Shown in pieces: positions 40,717-51,664 of a stretch of DNA of 64,000 nt (its first letter is position 1; every line of letters begins with the position of its first letter). Origin of the DNA: an uncultured Nitrospiraceae bacterium (GTDB lineage: Bacteria; Nitrospirota; Nitrospiria; Nitrospirales; Nitrospiraceae); contig CAVSTP010000004.1 in the NCBI GenBank assembly GCA_963730935.1, positions 1,184,001-1,248,000 of the forward strand, read 5' to 3'. The notes under the pieces were generated by a model. The model was not told the DNA's origin and searched no databases. It worked only from the letters and a program-made list of their open reading frames with translations. The translations under genes and the position numbers were made by a program.

Positions 40717-41976
40717 ATGCCCCCTGCTCGCTGGCGTGTAATCTCTCTAGTCGTGCTGCTGGGACTGTTCAGTCTCGATGGACTGTTGTGGCTTCAGCCT
40801 GTTAAGGCCGCGTCGCAAGACCAGCGGGATGAGTCGCCGTCATCCAAACGATCCCGCCGCTCGAAGGTCAGCCTCCTTACACTTCCACCTGCGATGATCC
40901 AGAATCTGAGGACTGCCTTCTCGCCAGAGTCATTTCGGTTGGTCCTTGATCTCGACCGCAAGACACGGGTCAAGAAGCACCTCCCATCTCGGGAAGACGG
41001 CTTGGTCGTCGAAATCCCTCACGCGGCGTTAAGCAAGTCTGCGCAAACGAAAATCGCGCAGGGATCGCTCGACGGCCGGTTCATCGTCAGGCAAACGCCC
41101 GACGACTCCGTGACGGTCACCCTGCCGAACGGATCGTTCCAGAGGTATGCCTTGTTTTCACTGACGAATCCTCCGCGACTCGTCGTTGACGTGGTCCCTT
41201 CAGGCGTCCAGCCTTCCGCACCGACGCTGGATATGATTGAGCCTGCGGCAGCACCAACTCCTCCGCCGCAACCGCTACCGCCGCGGGCCAAGGCCTTCAC
41301 AACCATCGTGATCGACCCCGGACACGGCGGGAGAGATCCTGGCGCCCATGGGTACCGCGGCACCGAGGAGAAGGACATTACCCTGAAGGTGGGATTGAAG
41401 CTGCGGGAGCTCCTGAAAAAGGATCCGGGCGTGCGCGTCCTGATGACGCGGGAACGGGACGTGTTCGTCGAACTCGAAGACCGTGCACGGTTCGCCAACG
41501 GCAATGAAGCCGACCTCTTTGTCTCGATCCACGTCAACTCGCACCCTCAACGGTCCGTGCGAGGGATTGAAATCTACCATTTCGGGGAGGCCAAGGATCA
41601 GCGGGCCCTGGAGCTGGCGGCCCGAGAAAACGGCACTCCGCTGAGCAGCACCGGCATGGGATGGGAATATTTGGTTGCCGATCTCTTGACGACCAAGAAG
41701 ATCGAAGCGTCATTGGAGCTGGCCTGGACCACCAAGGAGGCCATGATTACCCACCTGAACGGGCAGTATGCGCTCGTCGATCATGGCGTCAAGACCGCGC
41801 CGTTCTACGTTCTCCGCTTTACCAGCATGCCGAGCATCCTGGCAGAAATCGCCTACATTTCGAATGCCGCCGAGGAGGAGCTTTTGAGGACCGGTACCTT
41901 TGTCACACGCGTCGCTGAATCCCTTCATGAGGGAGTAGCCGCCTTTTTGGCCGCTTCAAAACAGCCGGCGCGATAA
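40717..41976 (+). CDS. N-acetylmuramoyl-L-alanine amidase (AMIN + Amidase_3)
   Basis: RLVLDL/NPPRLVVD AMIN repeats; IDPGHGG, EKD, SIHVNS, APFYVL. Confidence 0.93.
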   Translation: MPPARWRVISLVVLLGLFSLDGLLWLQPVKAASQDQRDESPSSKRSRRSKVSLLTLPPAMIQNLRTAFSPESFRLVLDLDRKTRVKKHLPSREDGLVVEIPHAALSKSAQTKIAQGSLDGRFIVRQTPDDSVTVTLPNGSFQRYALFSLTNPPRLVVDVVPSGVQPSAPTLDMIEPAAAPTPPPQPLPPRAKAFTTIVIDPGHGGRDPGAHGYRGTEEKDITLKVGLKLRELLKKDPGVRVLMTRERDVFVELEDRARFANGNEADLFVSIHVNSHPQRSVRGIEIYHFGEAKDQRALELAARENGTPLSSTGMGWEYLVADLLTTKKIEASLELAWTTKEAMITHLNGQYALVDHGVKTAPFYVLRFTSMPSILAEIAYISNAAEEELLRTGTFVTRVAESLHEGVAAFLAASKQPAR

Positions 41977-42004
41977 TGCGCCACGCCCTGCTCACCGCGC
42001 CGCT

Positions 42005-42781
42005 ATGCCGACCGTGAGACTGGTCCTCGAATACGATGGTTCCCGTTATGCCGGCTGGCAGCGCCAACCCGATCAGCCCACCATCCAAGAGGCCATCGAA
42101 ACCGCCCTGTTTCAGCTGACCCAAGAAACCGTGTCGGTGATCGGCGCGGGACGTACCGACGCGGGCGTGCACGCACTCGGTCAGGTGGCAAGCTTCCGCA
42201 TTGAGCGGAAATGGACGTCCCACGAGTGGCTGCGAGGGTTGAACGCCAGGCTTCCCGAAGATATTGCCGTGCGATCGGCGGCGATAGCGTCCGACGACTT
42301 TCACGCTCGATATGCCGCCCGTGGGAAGCTGTACGAGTACCGCATTATGAATCGCGGGGAACGGCCCGCCATCGATCGCACCTATCTCTGGCACATCCAT
42401 AAGCCCTTGGACGAAACCGCCATGAAGCGAGCCGCCACTCATCTCGTCGGCACACACGACTTCTCCTCGTTCGAAGGCACCCTCACCGACAACGAAGACC
42501 CGATCTGCGACCTGCGGCAACTGTCTCTCGATCGACACGGGGACATGATGACGATTCACGCCTACGCAGATCGTTTCTTGAAACATATGGTCCGTGCGAT
42601 CGTCGGGACGCTCGTTGAGGTGGGCCATGGTAAACGGGCGCCGGAGGCCCTCGCGACGATCCTGTCCGCGAGGGATCGTACGGCTGCCGGCAGAACCGCG
42701 CCACCGCACGGTCTGTTCCTCCTCCACGTCGACTACGACGGCGAGGAGGCACAGAGGAGCAACACTTCACTTGTTCAATAG
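42005..42781 (+). CDS. truA: tRNA pseudouridine(38-40) synthase
   Basis: YDGSRYAGWQ, AGRTDAGVHA, FHARY, FLKHMVR, TAPPHGLFL. Confidence 0.96.
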   Translation: MPTVRLVLEYDGSRYAGWQRQPDQPTIQEAIETALFQLTQETVSVIGAGRTDAGVHALGQVASFRIERKWTSHEWLRGLNARLPEDIAVRSAAIASDDFHARYAARGKLYEYRIMNRGERPAIDRTYLWHIHKPLDETAMKRAATHLVGTHDFSSFEGTLTDNEDPICDLRQLSLDRHGDMMTIHAYADRFLKHMVRAIVGTLVEVGHGKRAPEALATILSARDRTAAGRTAPPHGLFLLHVDYDGEEAQRSNTSLVQ

Positions 42782-42826
42782 TGTGAGCGGGGCGAGGGTG
42801 AGAAAAGAAAGACGAGGAACGGAAGG

Positions 42827-43477
42827 TCAGGGGGAGGAAGGCTCGTCGCGGTTCTCGAGCTTCTTGCGAAGTTCGATGAGTTCTTGCTCGAGGGCCAGGA
42901 AACGGTCGCTGATCGGGTCCGGAAGATTGCTATGGTCCATGGTCGCATCGGGGAGCCGCTCGCCCTGCGTCTTAATGACCCTGGCGGGCACGCCGATGAC
43001 GGTCGAGTTCGCGGCGACGTTCTTGAGGACGACGGAATTCGCTCCGATCTTCACGTTGTCACCGATCGTGATCCCTCCGAGGATCTTGGCCCCCGCGCCG
43101 ACCACCACATGATTGCCCAGCGTCGGATGGCGCTTCCCGCGCTCCTTTCCCGTTCCACCGAGCGTCACCCCTTGGAAGAGCGTCACGTAATCCCCGATTT
43201 CAGCGGTTTCCCCAACGACAACCCCCATGCCGTGATCGATGAAGAACCCGGTGCCGATGCGGGCTGAGGGATGGATCTCGATCCCGGTCAGCCAGCGAGC
43301 AACCTGGGAAATGGCGCGGGGTACGAAGGGAATGCCGTAGAACTTCAGCCAATGGGCGACGCGATAGGCCATCAATGCATGAAAGCCGGCATAGGTCAGA
43401 ATGACTTCCAGCTTGCTGGTGGCTGCAGGATCCCGGTCAAACACGGCTTTGAAGTCTTGTCGAATCGCGTTCAGCAT
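42827..43477 (-). CDS. cysE: Serine O-acetyltransferase
   Basis: [36 protein letters not shown]. Confidence 0.95.
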   Translation of the reverse strand: MLNAIRQDFKAVFDRDPAATSKLEVILTYAGFHALMAYRVAHWLKFYGIPFVPRAISQVARWLTGIEIHPSARIGTGFFIDHGMGVVVGETAEIGDYVTLFQGVTLGGTGKERGKRHPTLGNHVVVGAGAKILGGITIGDNVKIGANSVVLKNVAANSTVIGVPARVIKTQGERLPDATMDHSNLPDPISDRFLALEQELIELRKKLENRDEPSSP

Positions 43478-43496
43478 GTCGGTGATTGTACGATGC

Positions 43497-43970
43497 TCAG
43501 ACCGGTTCAATCAAACAAACGGCGTGGGCGATCATCCCTTCTTCCCTGCCCACCGCATCCAGTCCCTCTCCGCTCTTCACCTTCACGTTGACCCTGTCGG
43601 GGTCGATGCCCGCAGCCTCGGCCATTTTTTTCTGCATCGCGGCAAGATGCGGCGCGAGTCGCGGGGCCTGCGCAACAATGACGGTATCGATATTGCCGAC
43701 GCGGTAGCCCTTCGCCTTGAGCTTGCTCATCACGTCTTCCAGCAGCTTGAGGCTTGAGATCCCTTTATATCGCGAATCCGAGCTCGGATAGTGCCGTCCG
43801 AGATCGCCCTCTCCCATTGCTCCAAGCAAGGCATCGCAGACCGCGTGGACGAGCACATCGGAGTCTGAGTGTCCGAGCAGGCCCTTGCTGTGCGGAATGT
43901 CGACGCCGCCCAGAATGAGCTTGCGCCCCGGCGCCAGCGGATGCACGTCATAGCCATAGCCAATGCGCAT
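43497..43970 (-). CDS. ispF: MECDP synthase
   Basis: [28 protein letters not shown]. Confidence 0.95.
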   Translation of the reverse strand: MRIGYGYDVHPLAPGRKLILGGVDIPHSKGLLGHSDSDVLVHAVCDALLGAMGEGDLGRHYPSSDSRYKGISSLKLLEDVMSKLKAKGYRVGNIDTVIVAQAPRLAPHLAAMQKKMAEAAGIDPDRVNVKVKSGEGLDAVGREEGMIAHAVCLIEPV

Positions 43971-43999
43971 GAGATGCCCCTTGTATTCTGCTGGCCGCG

Positions 44000-44716
44000 T
44001 TACGGCTTGCGGCCCGCCCGCGAAGCCAAGATGGCTTCGCCGATGACGAGATCTTCCGGCCTTGTCACTTTGATGTTCTCTCCGCTGCCTTCGACCACCC
44101 TGACCGGATGGCCCATCCATTCCATAAGAAACGCATCGTCCGTCGCGGCCAGCCCTTCGGCCTGCGCTTTCCGATGCGCCTCCTCGAGCCAGTCTCGACG
44201 GAAGGCTTGCGGCGTCTGGGCGAGCCATAACGGGTTGCGGTCGATCGTGCGTTCGATGACGCGATCCGCGCCAACTTGCTTGACGGTATCCCGCATGGGC
44301 AAGGCAATAATGGCCGCGCCGTCGACCGCTGCGGCTTCGACGACCTGTCTCACCATCGTTTCTGTCACACAGGGCCGAACGGCATCATGGATCACGACGA
44401 GGTGGACTCCCTCCCCTACAACGGCCAACGCCCGGCGAACTGAATCCTGCCGTTCTTTTCCGCCCGCCACCACCTGTGTGACCTTGGTAAAACCGTGTGC
44501 TTCGACGATTTCCGTTCGACAATAGTGCAGATCCGCTTCGGGAACCGCAAGAATCACCGCCTCGATGATCGGAGAAGATTGAAAGACACGAAGGGAATAG
44601 ACGAGGAGTGGCAGCCCTCCGAGCGGGCGAAACTGCTTGCGGACGGCCCCTCCCAGCCGGAGGCCCAAGCCCGCGGCCGGGATGAGTGCAACGGTACGAC
44701 GAGGCTCCGGTGCCAT
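44000..44716 (-). CDS. ispD: MEP cytidylyltransferase
   Basis: PAAGLGLR, KQF, GGKERQDSV, HDAVRP, QTPQAF, TDD, NIKVT. Confidence 0.95.
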   Translation of the reverse strand: MAPEPRRTVALIPAAGLGLRLGGAVRKQFRPLGGLPLLVYSLRVFQSSPIIEAVILAVPEADLHYCRTEIVEAHGFTKVTQVVAGGKERQDSVRRALAVVGEGVHLVVIHDAVRPCVTETMVRQVVEAAAVDGAAIIALPMRDTVKQVGADRVIERTIDRNPLWLAQTPQAFRRDWLEEAHRKAQAEGLAATDDAFLMEWMGHPVRVVEGSGENIKVTRPEDLVIGEAILASRAGRKP

Positions 44717-44773
44717 GGGGGGCCTCCGCGCCATGGCTATGGGCACGGCCGCATGACGAACCCGAAGCGGCAG

Positions 44774-45799
44774 CTATCCACGCGCGACCTGCATCTCCTC
44801 TCGCTCGGTCTCTTCCTTCAGCCGGGTGAAGATCATGCGTCCGGCAGTCGTCTGCAGCACGCTGGTGACGACGACGTCCACATTCTTTCCGATGTAGCGG
44901 CGGGCATTGTCGACCACGATCATGGTGCCGTCGTCGAGATAGGCGACACCCTGCCCCGCTTCCTTGCCTTCTTTAAGCACGAACACCCGAATGGCCTCCC
45001 CCGGCAGAACGACCGGCCGCAATGCGTTGCACAGTTCGTTGATGTTGAGCACGCGAATGCCCTGCAACTCGGCGACCTTGTTAAGGTTCAAATCGTTCGT
45101 GACAATCTTCGCGTTCATCTTCTTGGCCAGCACAATCAGTTTGGCATCCACTTCTTTGACGTGTGGAAAATCTTCGTCGATGATCCGGACGTCCACATCA
45201 CCCATTTTCTGGATCTTGTTCAGGATATCAAGGCCGCGTCGTCCCCGCGCGCGCTTTAACGAGTCCGAGGAGTCGGCAATGTGTTGCAGCTCGTCCAGGA
45301 TGAAATGGGGCACGAGGAAGGTCCCTTCGAGAAATCTCGTTTCACAGAGATCGGCAACCCGTCCGTCAATGATGACGCTCGTGTCGAGGACCTTGGGACA
45401 GACGGTGTTGCCATCCAGCTCAAAGAGTTTCTGCTCGGGGCTTGGCAGCTTCTCCTTGCCGAACCTGGCGCCCAGCACGAGGCCGAGATAAGGGAATCCG
45501 AGAAGAAAGACGAGGCCGCCGATATGGAAGAGGAAGGTCTGGACGTCAAAAATCTCGCCGCCCACCCATTCGACGAGCCCCGTCAACACCAGGCCCGCCG
45601 CCAATCCTGCCGCGCCTCCGACAATGATGCCGAATGAGAGGTTGTGTAGGGCATATTCTCCGGCGACGATCAATCCGCCGGTCACCGCTCCGATCCCGAA
45701 CCCGTACATCCAATACGAGGCGCTGGCTCCATCCGCTTTGATAAAGAGCGCCATTCCCGCCAATGCACTGAGAAGGACAAATATGGCTCGCGATACCAT
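44774..45799 (-). CDS. PIN/TRAM-domain membrane protein (YacL-like)
   Basis: [46 protein letters not shown]; upstream of ispD. Confidence 0.92.
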   Translation of the reverse strand: MVSRAIFVLLSALAGMALFIKADGASASYWMYGFGIGAVTGGLIVAGEYALHNLSFGIIVGGAAGLAAGLVLTGLVEWVGGEIFDVQTFLFHIGGLVFLLGFPYLGLVLGARFGKEKLPSPEQKLFELDGNTVCPKVLDTSVIIDGRVADLCETRFLEGTFLVPHFILDELQHIADSSDSLKRARGRRGLDILNKIQKMGDVDVRIIDEDFPHVKEVDAKLIVLAKKMNAKIVTNDLNLNKVAELQGIRVLNINELCNALRPVVLPGEAIRVFVLKEGKEAGQGVAYLDDGTMIVVDNARRYIGKNVDVVVTSVLQTTAGRMIFTRLKEETEREEMQVARG

Positions 45800-45816
45800 A
45801 CCTTCACCTCCTCTCG

Positions 45817-47337
45817 CTAAGGACGTAACGTTAAATAAATCGTCTGGCCTTTCCGTTTCAACAGTAGCAGGACCGCCTGATCTTTGGCCAGACCGGACAC
45901 CGCCCGCTCATAGGACTTGATCGAATTGACAGGTTTGCGGTTCACCTCGAGCACAATATCGCCTTCTCTGACGCTCATTTCCTCTGCCGTACTCCCGGGC
46001 TTGACCCGCACGATGACCACGCCCCGTTCGCTGGGCTTGATGCCGTACCGAGCAGCCAGTTCCTCGTTCAACTCACGGACATCGATATCGGACAGCACAC
46101 CGGTCGGGGCGGTGGACTCGCCGTTGTCCTCGGGGCCCGCCTGACCGAGGGACTTCGGCTGCTCCACGATCGTCACCTCGATGGTCTTGATCTTCTTTTC
46201 CCTGATCACCTTGATCGGCACCTTGCGTCCGATCGGCGTCTGCGCCACCGCGTTCCGAAGATGCGTCGGTGAATCCATGGGTTTGCCGTCGTATTCCGTG
46301 ATCACGTCGGCGCGCTCAAACCCCGCCTTTTTGGCGGGACTGTCGTCCATCACGTCGCTCACCAACACTCCCTTTGTGTCCGTCAGTCCGAACTGGGAAG
46401 CAAGTTCTGGGGTTAGTTCTTGAATCGCGACGCCGAGCCAGCCGCGCACAACTTTTCCGGTCTTGACCAGCTGGTCCATGATCGAGCGGGCCAGATTACT
46501 GGGCACGGCAAAACCGATTCCCATGTTGCCGCCGCTCTGGCTGAAGATCGCCGTATTGATGCCGACCAGTTCGCCGCGCACGTTCACCAACGCGCCCCCG
46601 GAATTGCCGGGATTGATTGCGGCATCGGTTTGAATGAAGTCTTCGTACTCCGCGATGCCCATGCTGGCCCGCCCCACGGCGCTGACGATGCCCATCGTCA
46701 CGCTCTGCGTCAGCCCGAAGGGGCTGCCGACTGCGAGGACGAATTCACCCACCTCAAGCTGATCCGAATCGGCAAACGGAATGGTCGACAATCCCGTCGC
46801 CTCGATTCTCACAATCGCCACGTCGGTCTTGGTGTCGGTGCCGATCAATTTGCCCTTGAACTCACGCTTGTCCGAGAGAATCACCCGGATATCGTCGGCC
46901 TTGTTGACGACATGGTTGTTGGTGATGATCAGGCCGCTCGAGTCGACGATCACGCCTGAGCCCTGCCCCCGCTCTTTTCGCTCACGATGCGGCTGCTCGC
47001 GCTTGAAGAATTCATCACCGAAGAATTTGCGAAAAAAGGGGTCATCGAAGGGGGAGCTTTGCGGCCCGTCACCCGACTTTCCGGACCGGCTCGCGGCGAT
47101 GTTGACCACGGCGGGCTTGACGGTTTTGGCGATCTCGACAAAGCTCTTGGCAGTGCCGCCAGTCACGGGTTGCTGAGGAACCGTGGCCACAGGGCGGACC
47201 ACTCCTTCCGTCGGCGAATCGTGTCCCGCCGTCCCACGCGGCAGCCAGCCGAGATCAGACGCTGCAACGACGCCGATGACGGCGCCCAATGCGAGGAGCA
47301 GATACGGAAGCGCCCGTGAACGGCCGAGTGTCATCAT
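45817..47337 (-). CDS. DegP/DegQ (HtrA) serine protease with two PDZ domains
   Basis: [30 protein letters not shown]. Confidence 0.95.
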   Translation of the reverse strand: MMTLGRSRALPYLLLALGAVIGVVAASDLGWLPRGTAGHDSPTEGVVRPVATVPQQPVTGGTAKSFVEIAKTVKPAVVNIAASRSGKSGDGPQSSPFDDPFFRKFFGDEFFKREQPHRERKERGQGSGVIVDSSGLIITNNHVVNKADDIRVILSDKREFKGKLIGTDTKTDVAIVRIEATGLSTIPFADSDQLEVGEFVLAVGSPFGLTQSVTMGIVSAVGRASMGIAEYEDFIQTDAAINPGNSGGALVNVRGELVGINTAIFSQSGGNMGIGFAVPSNLARSIMDQLVKTGKVVRGWLGVAIQELTPELASQFGLTDTKGVLVSDVMDDSPAKKAGFERADVITEYDGKPMDSPTHLRNAVAQTPIGRKVPIKVIREKKIKTIEVTIVEQPKSLGQAGPEDNGESTAPTGVLSDIDVRELNEELAARYGIKPSERGVVIVRVKPGSTAEEMSVREGDIVLEVNRKPVNSIKSYERAVSGLAKDQAVLLLLKRKGQTIYLTLRP

Positions 47338-47343
47338 GAATCC

Positions 47344-48267
47344 TTATTGAATTTCACCCGCATAAATCCCCATGACCGTCTGTAAAAACTTCACCGCTTC
47401 CGCCTTCGGACGCTGAAACGAGTTCCGCCCGATGATGCTGCCGAATCCGCCGCCCTCTCGGATGGCCCGAGCCTCCTCGAAGACATTCTTGTCCTCGCTC
47501 TTCGCCCCGCCAGAGAAAATGACGATGCGTCGGCCGTCGAACGAGCTCTGAACCACATGCTTGACGCGCTCAGCGAGCGTCTTAATGGGAACCTGGGTGG
47601 ATTCATATACTTTCTTGGCTGCAGCCTGCTCGAGATGGGCCGACGGAAGCTTGACCTTGATGATATGCGCACCCAATTGGGCCGCAATTTGGGCCGCATA
47701 AGCCACCACATCCATCGCGGTCTCCCCTTCTTTGCTGATGGCCGACCCACGGGGATAGGACCACACCACAACGGCAAGCCCGCCTTCCTTCGCTTCTTCC
47801 GCGATCGCGCGCAACTGCTCGTACATCACGTTGCAATGAGCCGATCCGGGGTAGATCGTGAAGCCGACGGCCACGCAACCGAGACGGAGTGCGTCCTTGA
47901 CGCTGCCGGTAACCGAGGGCAGCGGATCCTTGTCGTCATGCAGGACGTCGTGGTTGTTCAGCTTCAAAATCAGGGGAATCTGCCCGGCGAACTGGCTTGC
48001 ACCGGCCTCCAAAAATCCCAGCGGCGCCGCATAGGCATTGCAACCGGCGTCAATGGCCAATTGAAAATGATACAGCGGGTTGTAGCCGGGCGGGTTGGGT
48101 GCAAAGCTCCTCGCTGGGCCGTGCTCGAAACCTTGATCGACCGGCAGGATGACCAACTTTCCGGTACCGGCCAATTTTCCGCTTCGCAGCAACCGCGCAA
48201 TGTTCGTTTTTGTTCCTGCGTTGTCGCTCGTATAGTAACTCAAAATTTCTTGTACTTGATCACCCAT
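47344..48267 (-). CDS. fbaB: Class I fructose-bisphosphate aldolase (DhnA type)
   Basis: ILPVDQGFEHGP, WSYPRG, GAHIIKVK, FSGG, SIIGRN. Confidence 0.9.
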   Translation of the reverse strand: MGDQVQEILSYYTSDNAGTKTNIARLLRSGKLAGTGKLVILPVDQGFEHGPARSFAPNPPGYNPLYHFQLAIDAGCNAYAAPLGFLEAGASQFAGQIPLILKLNNHDVLHDDKDPLPSVTGSVKDALRLGCVAVGFTIYPGSAHCNVMYEQLRAIAEEAKEGGLAVVVWSYPRGSAISKEGETAMDVVAYAAQIAAQLGAHIIKVKLPSAHLEQAAAKKVYESTQVPIKTLAERVKHVVQSSFDGRRIVIFSGGAKSEDKNVFEEARAIREGGGFGSIIGRNSFQRPKAEAVKFLQTVMGIYAGEIQ

Positions 48268-48297
48268 CTCGACTCTCCGGTTCGTCGATCACACCCG

Positions 48298-49311
48298 TTA
48301 TGAGAGTACCGTTGTCCCCTGTATGTACGATTCGGCGTCCCTCACATCGTCGGCGCTGCCGATGATGAGCGGGACCCGTTGATGCAGCTTTTTCGGCTCG
48401 ATGTCGAGGATGCGGGTCACGCCGGTGCTCGCTCTGCCGCCTGCCTGCTCGACGACCATCGCCATGGGATTGGCCTCGTACAGCAATCGCAATTTTCCTT
48501 CCGGTTTGTTGATCTCGCCTGGATACAAATAGATCCCCCCGCCGAGAAGGAGCCGGTGCACGTCGGCCACGAGACAACCCGAATAGCGGCTGGTGTAGGG
48601 ACGGCCTGCCGCCTTGTCGGGCTTCTTGAGCGAATCAACGTATCGCTTGGTTCCGTCCGGCCATTTTTCGTAATTGCCTTCATTCACGGCGTATACTTTT
48701 CCACGCGAAGGCATCTTGATGCCGGGATGAGACAATTGATACTCCCCGACGTTGGGATCGAGCGTAAACCCGTAAACGCCCTTGCCGGTCGTAAAGACGA
48801 GCATCGTGCTCGGCCCGAACAGAAAATAGCCGGCCGCCAGCTGATGGGTGCCTTTCCTGAGCAAATCGTTGTCTCCCGGCGGCTGATCCTGATGCTGGTG
48901 CTCGATGATCGAAAAGATCGATCCCAGCGGCATGTTGACGTCGGTGTTCGACGAGCCGTCCAATGGATCAAAGAGCACCATGTAGGGTGCGGGTCTGCCC
49001 GGCGAGTCGACAAAGACCGGCTTTTCCATTTCTTCCGAGGCCAAGGCGCCGGCCACGCCGTCCCGCTGCAAGACCTCAATAAACGTATCATTAGCAATCT
49101 GATCCAGCTTTTTGACGGATTCACCCTGGACGTTCGTCTCGCCGGTGATCCCCAGCATATTGAGCAGTCCGGCAATCCGCAGGTCGCGGGCGAGGGTCTT
49201 TCCGACCAGCCCAATGGCGGAGAGCAGCGCGGTCAAGGATCCGGCCCCGCCGAGCGAAGCGGGAGGATTGGCCATGAGAAATTGTTCGACGGTGAGCGGC
49301 CGCTGCGACAT
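48298..49311 (-). CDS. fbp: Class 1 fructose-1,6-bisphosphatase
   Basis: NVQGE..KKLD, SEE, FDPLDGSSN, RYSGCLVADVHR, GKLRLLYEANP. Confidence 0.95.
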   Translation of the reverse strand: MSQRPLTVEQFLMANPPASLGGAGSLTALLSAIGLVGKTLARDLRIAGLLNMLGITGETNVQGESVKKLDQIANDTFIEVLQRDGVAGALASEEMEKPVFVDSPGRPAPYMVLFDPLDGSSNTDVNMPLGSIFSIIEHQHQDQPPGDNDLLRKGTHQLAAGYFLFGPSTMLVFTTGKGVYGFTLDPNVGEYQLSHPGIKMPSRGKVYAVNEGNYEKWPDGTKRYVDSLKKPDKAAGRPYTSRYSGCLVADVHRLLLGGGIYLYPGEINKPEGKLRLLYEANPMAMVVEQAGGRASTGVTRILDIEPKKLHQRVPLIIGSADDVRDAESYIQGTTVLS

Positions 49312-49344
49312 GGAGGGGCAAGACCTGTATAAAGCCAAAGAGCC

Positions 49345-49372
49345 TCGCCGTCGCGGCTACGCGAGGGGCGAG
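49345..49372. repeat. GC-rich imperfect hairpin in fbp 5' region
   Basis: CTCGCC-g-TCGCG-gcta-CGCGA-gg-GGCGAG. Confidence 0.45.
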
Positions 49373-49399
49373 TCCCGAACATGAGTATGATTGTGAGCG

Positions 49400-49428
49400 A
49401 TTATAGCCCGTCTCGAGTGGGCGGGCAA
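49400..49428 (-). promoter_or_regulatory. Putative sigma70 promoter for fbp-fbaB
   Basis: TTGCCC-17-TATAAT on minus strand. Confidence 0.7.
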
Positions 49429-49444
49429 CGAATCTCCAGTCTCG

Positions 49445-50218
49445 TTAAGAGGGCCCTTTGGCGGGCGGGAAGCCATCGACTAAATCGGCAACGATGGCGC
49501 CAATGATGACCTTGGCCTTCATTCGAACAGGGATACGCCGTTCGTCGGTCGTGAACCAGACTCGTATGTTGCCCTTGTTGATAAACAGGCCTTTAAACGG
49601 CATGATCACAACCACTTGCGCGGTTTCCGCCCTTCCCCACGCCCCCTCCAACATCTCAATATTTTCGACCCGCACCTCCACTTGTCGGTTCTTTTTATCG
49701 TGATAGACGTTGAGCATGAGCGAGGCCCCGGGGGTCATCGGTAGCTGGTTACGGACATAATAGAGGCAGGAAATCAAATCCTGAGTTCCCGCAGGAATGG
49801 GAACGGTTTCTGTCGTGCCCTGCCGCACCGCGGTGACCGTTCCCTCGGCATGGTGAAAGGTGTACTCGATGTCTTCCTTGTTCTTCCCTTCTCGACGATG
49901 GAAGACCATATGCTGCGGCAGCTGGGTGCGGAGATCGAACTCCGACTCCACCCGATTGTCCACCGGGAAAAACTTACTGATCGCAGGTCGGGATTGCGCT
50001 GTCGTCACCAGCTTAGCCCGTGACCTGTCCGCAGTGCCGTCGGGCTGGACTTCCATGACGGCCGTTCCCGCGAGGATGTTCAACCAGGATATGTCGTAGG
50101 TCAGCCGCTCTCCGGTTTGGACCGCTTGGGCTGACGCGTCAGTCGCGTCTGCTAGGGAGCCAGAGGTCCCTCCCAAGAGAAGACAGATCAACGCGTACCA
50201 ATACCACAGGCGAATCAT
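49445..50218 (-). CDS. DUF3108 exported protein
   Basis: Signal peptide, GERLTYDISW..AG, QDLISCLYYVR, VWFTTDERRIPV. Confidence 0.82.
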   Translation of the reverse strand: MIRLWYWYALICLLLGGTSGSLADATDASAQAVQTGERLTYDISWLNILAGTAVMEVQPDGTADRSRAKLVTTAQSRPAISKFFPVDNRVESEFDLRTQLPQHMVFHRREGKNKEDIEYTFHHAEGTVTAVRQGTTETVPIPAGTQDLISCLYYVRNQLPMTPGASLMLNVYHDKKNRQVEVRVENIEMLEGAWGRAETAQVVVIMPFKGLFINKGNIRVWFTTDERRIPVRMKAKVIIGAIVADLVDGFPPAKGPS

Positions 50219-50248
50219 GATGACAGGTGTATGTGTTCGCAGAGAAGG

Positions 50249-51651
50249 CTAAGAGGGCATCGTGCCGTTTGACCGCGGCCAATTCTCCCTCCACAGCGGC
50301 CCTGATGGCCGTGAGGCGGTCAGCCGATGCGGCTTCGAAGCGCAGGACCAATGCCGGTTGGGTGTTGGAAGCCCTGATTAAACCCCAGCCGTCCTGAAAG
50401 ATGGCTCGCACCCCGTCGATCGTCACGACTTCACGGACAATGTCCTTGCCTGGCCCGATGGGCTGGCGGGAGCGGGCATAGCCGGCCAAGCGCTCCTGGA
50501 CCTGCTTGACCAATTCGAATTTGATCGTATCCGGAGTATCCACGCGAATCTCAGGGGTCACCGCCGTGGCAGGCAGATCGGCGACCAGCGAAGAGAGCGG
50601 CTTTCCGGTTTTGGCGAGAATTTCAACCAGACGGCAAGAGGCATAAATTGCATCGTCATAGCCGAAATACCTGTCGGCAAAAAACATGTGCCCGGACATT
50701 TCTCCGGCCAGCACCGCGTGCTCGCTCTTCATCTTGGCTTTGATCAGGGAGTGACCGGTCTTCCACATGATCGGCCGACCACCCTGTTTCGCAATATCGT
50801 CATAGAGACACTGAGAAGCCTTCACCTCGGAGATGATAGTACTGCCCGGGTTCGTTAAGAGAATATCGCGGGAATACACGACCATCAGACGGTCGCCCCA
50901 CAAGACCTGGCCCTGCTCATCGATGGCGCCGATACGGTCACCATCGCCGTCGTAGCCGATGCCAACGTCCGCCTTGTGATGTGTGACGGCTTTGACGAGG
51001 TCGTCGAGATTCTCGAGCACCGTTGGATCGGGATGATGGTTCGGAAACCGGCCATCCAGCTCGCAGTACAAGCCGGTCACGCGGCAGCCCAGGAGTTCTA
51101 ACGCATCCTTCGCCACCAGGGACGCGGCGCCGTTGCCGCAATCAATGACGACATGCAGGTGCTTCGCATCCACACTACTGAAGCTCTTTTTAATGTAGGC
51201 CAGATAGTCGGGAATGATGGGATGTTCCGATTGTGTCCCGTGACCGGACGTGAAGACACCGGACTCTAGGACGCGGCGCAAGCTCCTGAATGGCCTCTCC
51301 GTGGATGGCCTCTTTGCCGATGCAGATCTTGAATCCGTTGTATTCCGACGCGTTGTGACTGCCCGTGATCATGATGCCGCCGTCGACCGGCAATTGAAAA
51401 AGGGAGAAATAGACCAGAGGGGACGGACAGATCCCGACATCGATCACGTTCATCCCGCCCGCCAACAGTCCCTTGACCAGGGCATCGAACAAGCCCGGCG
51501 AGCTGAGTCTGCCATCTCGCCCGACGGAAATGGTCTGTACACCTCGATCTTTGACATAGGTGCAGTAGGCCCGCCCGACCTGTTCTGCAATCGATTCCGT
51601 CAATTCCTTGCCGACGATGCCGCGGAGGTCATATTCGCGAAAGAGTCCCAT
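50249..51651 (-). pseudogene. Phosphomannomutase/phosphoglucomutase (AlgC-like) with two +1 frameshifts (pseudogene or assembly error)
   Basis: FREYDLRG..ITGSHN in one frame; DGDGDR, GEMSGH, RASNTQP in another; junction GAG CTT GCG CCG near 51281; second apparent extra base near 50265. Confidence 0.85.
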
Positions 51652-51664
51652 GCAGTGCCTCAGT

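Noticed and set aside
39253..45799. TatD, NYN and PIN nucleases as a defence or toxin-antitoxin system
   Set aside because: They are dispersed among housekeeping genes in conventional contexts (PIN/TRAM-ispD-ispF-cysE); no antitoxin or defence partners
51270..51295. Programmed ribosomal frameshift in PMM/PGM
   Set aside because: No slippery heptamer or known precedent; a second similar lesion points to error or decay
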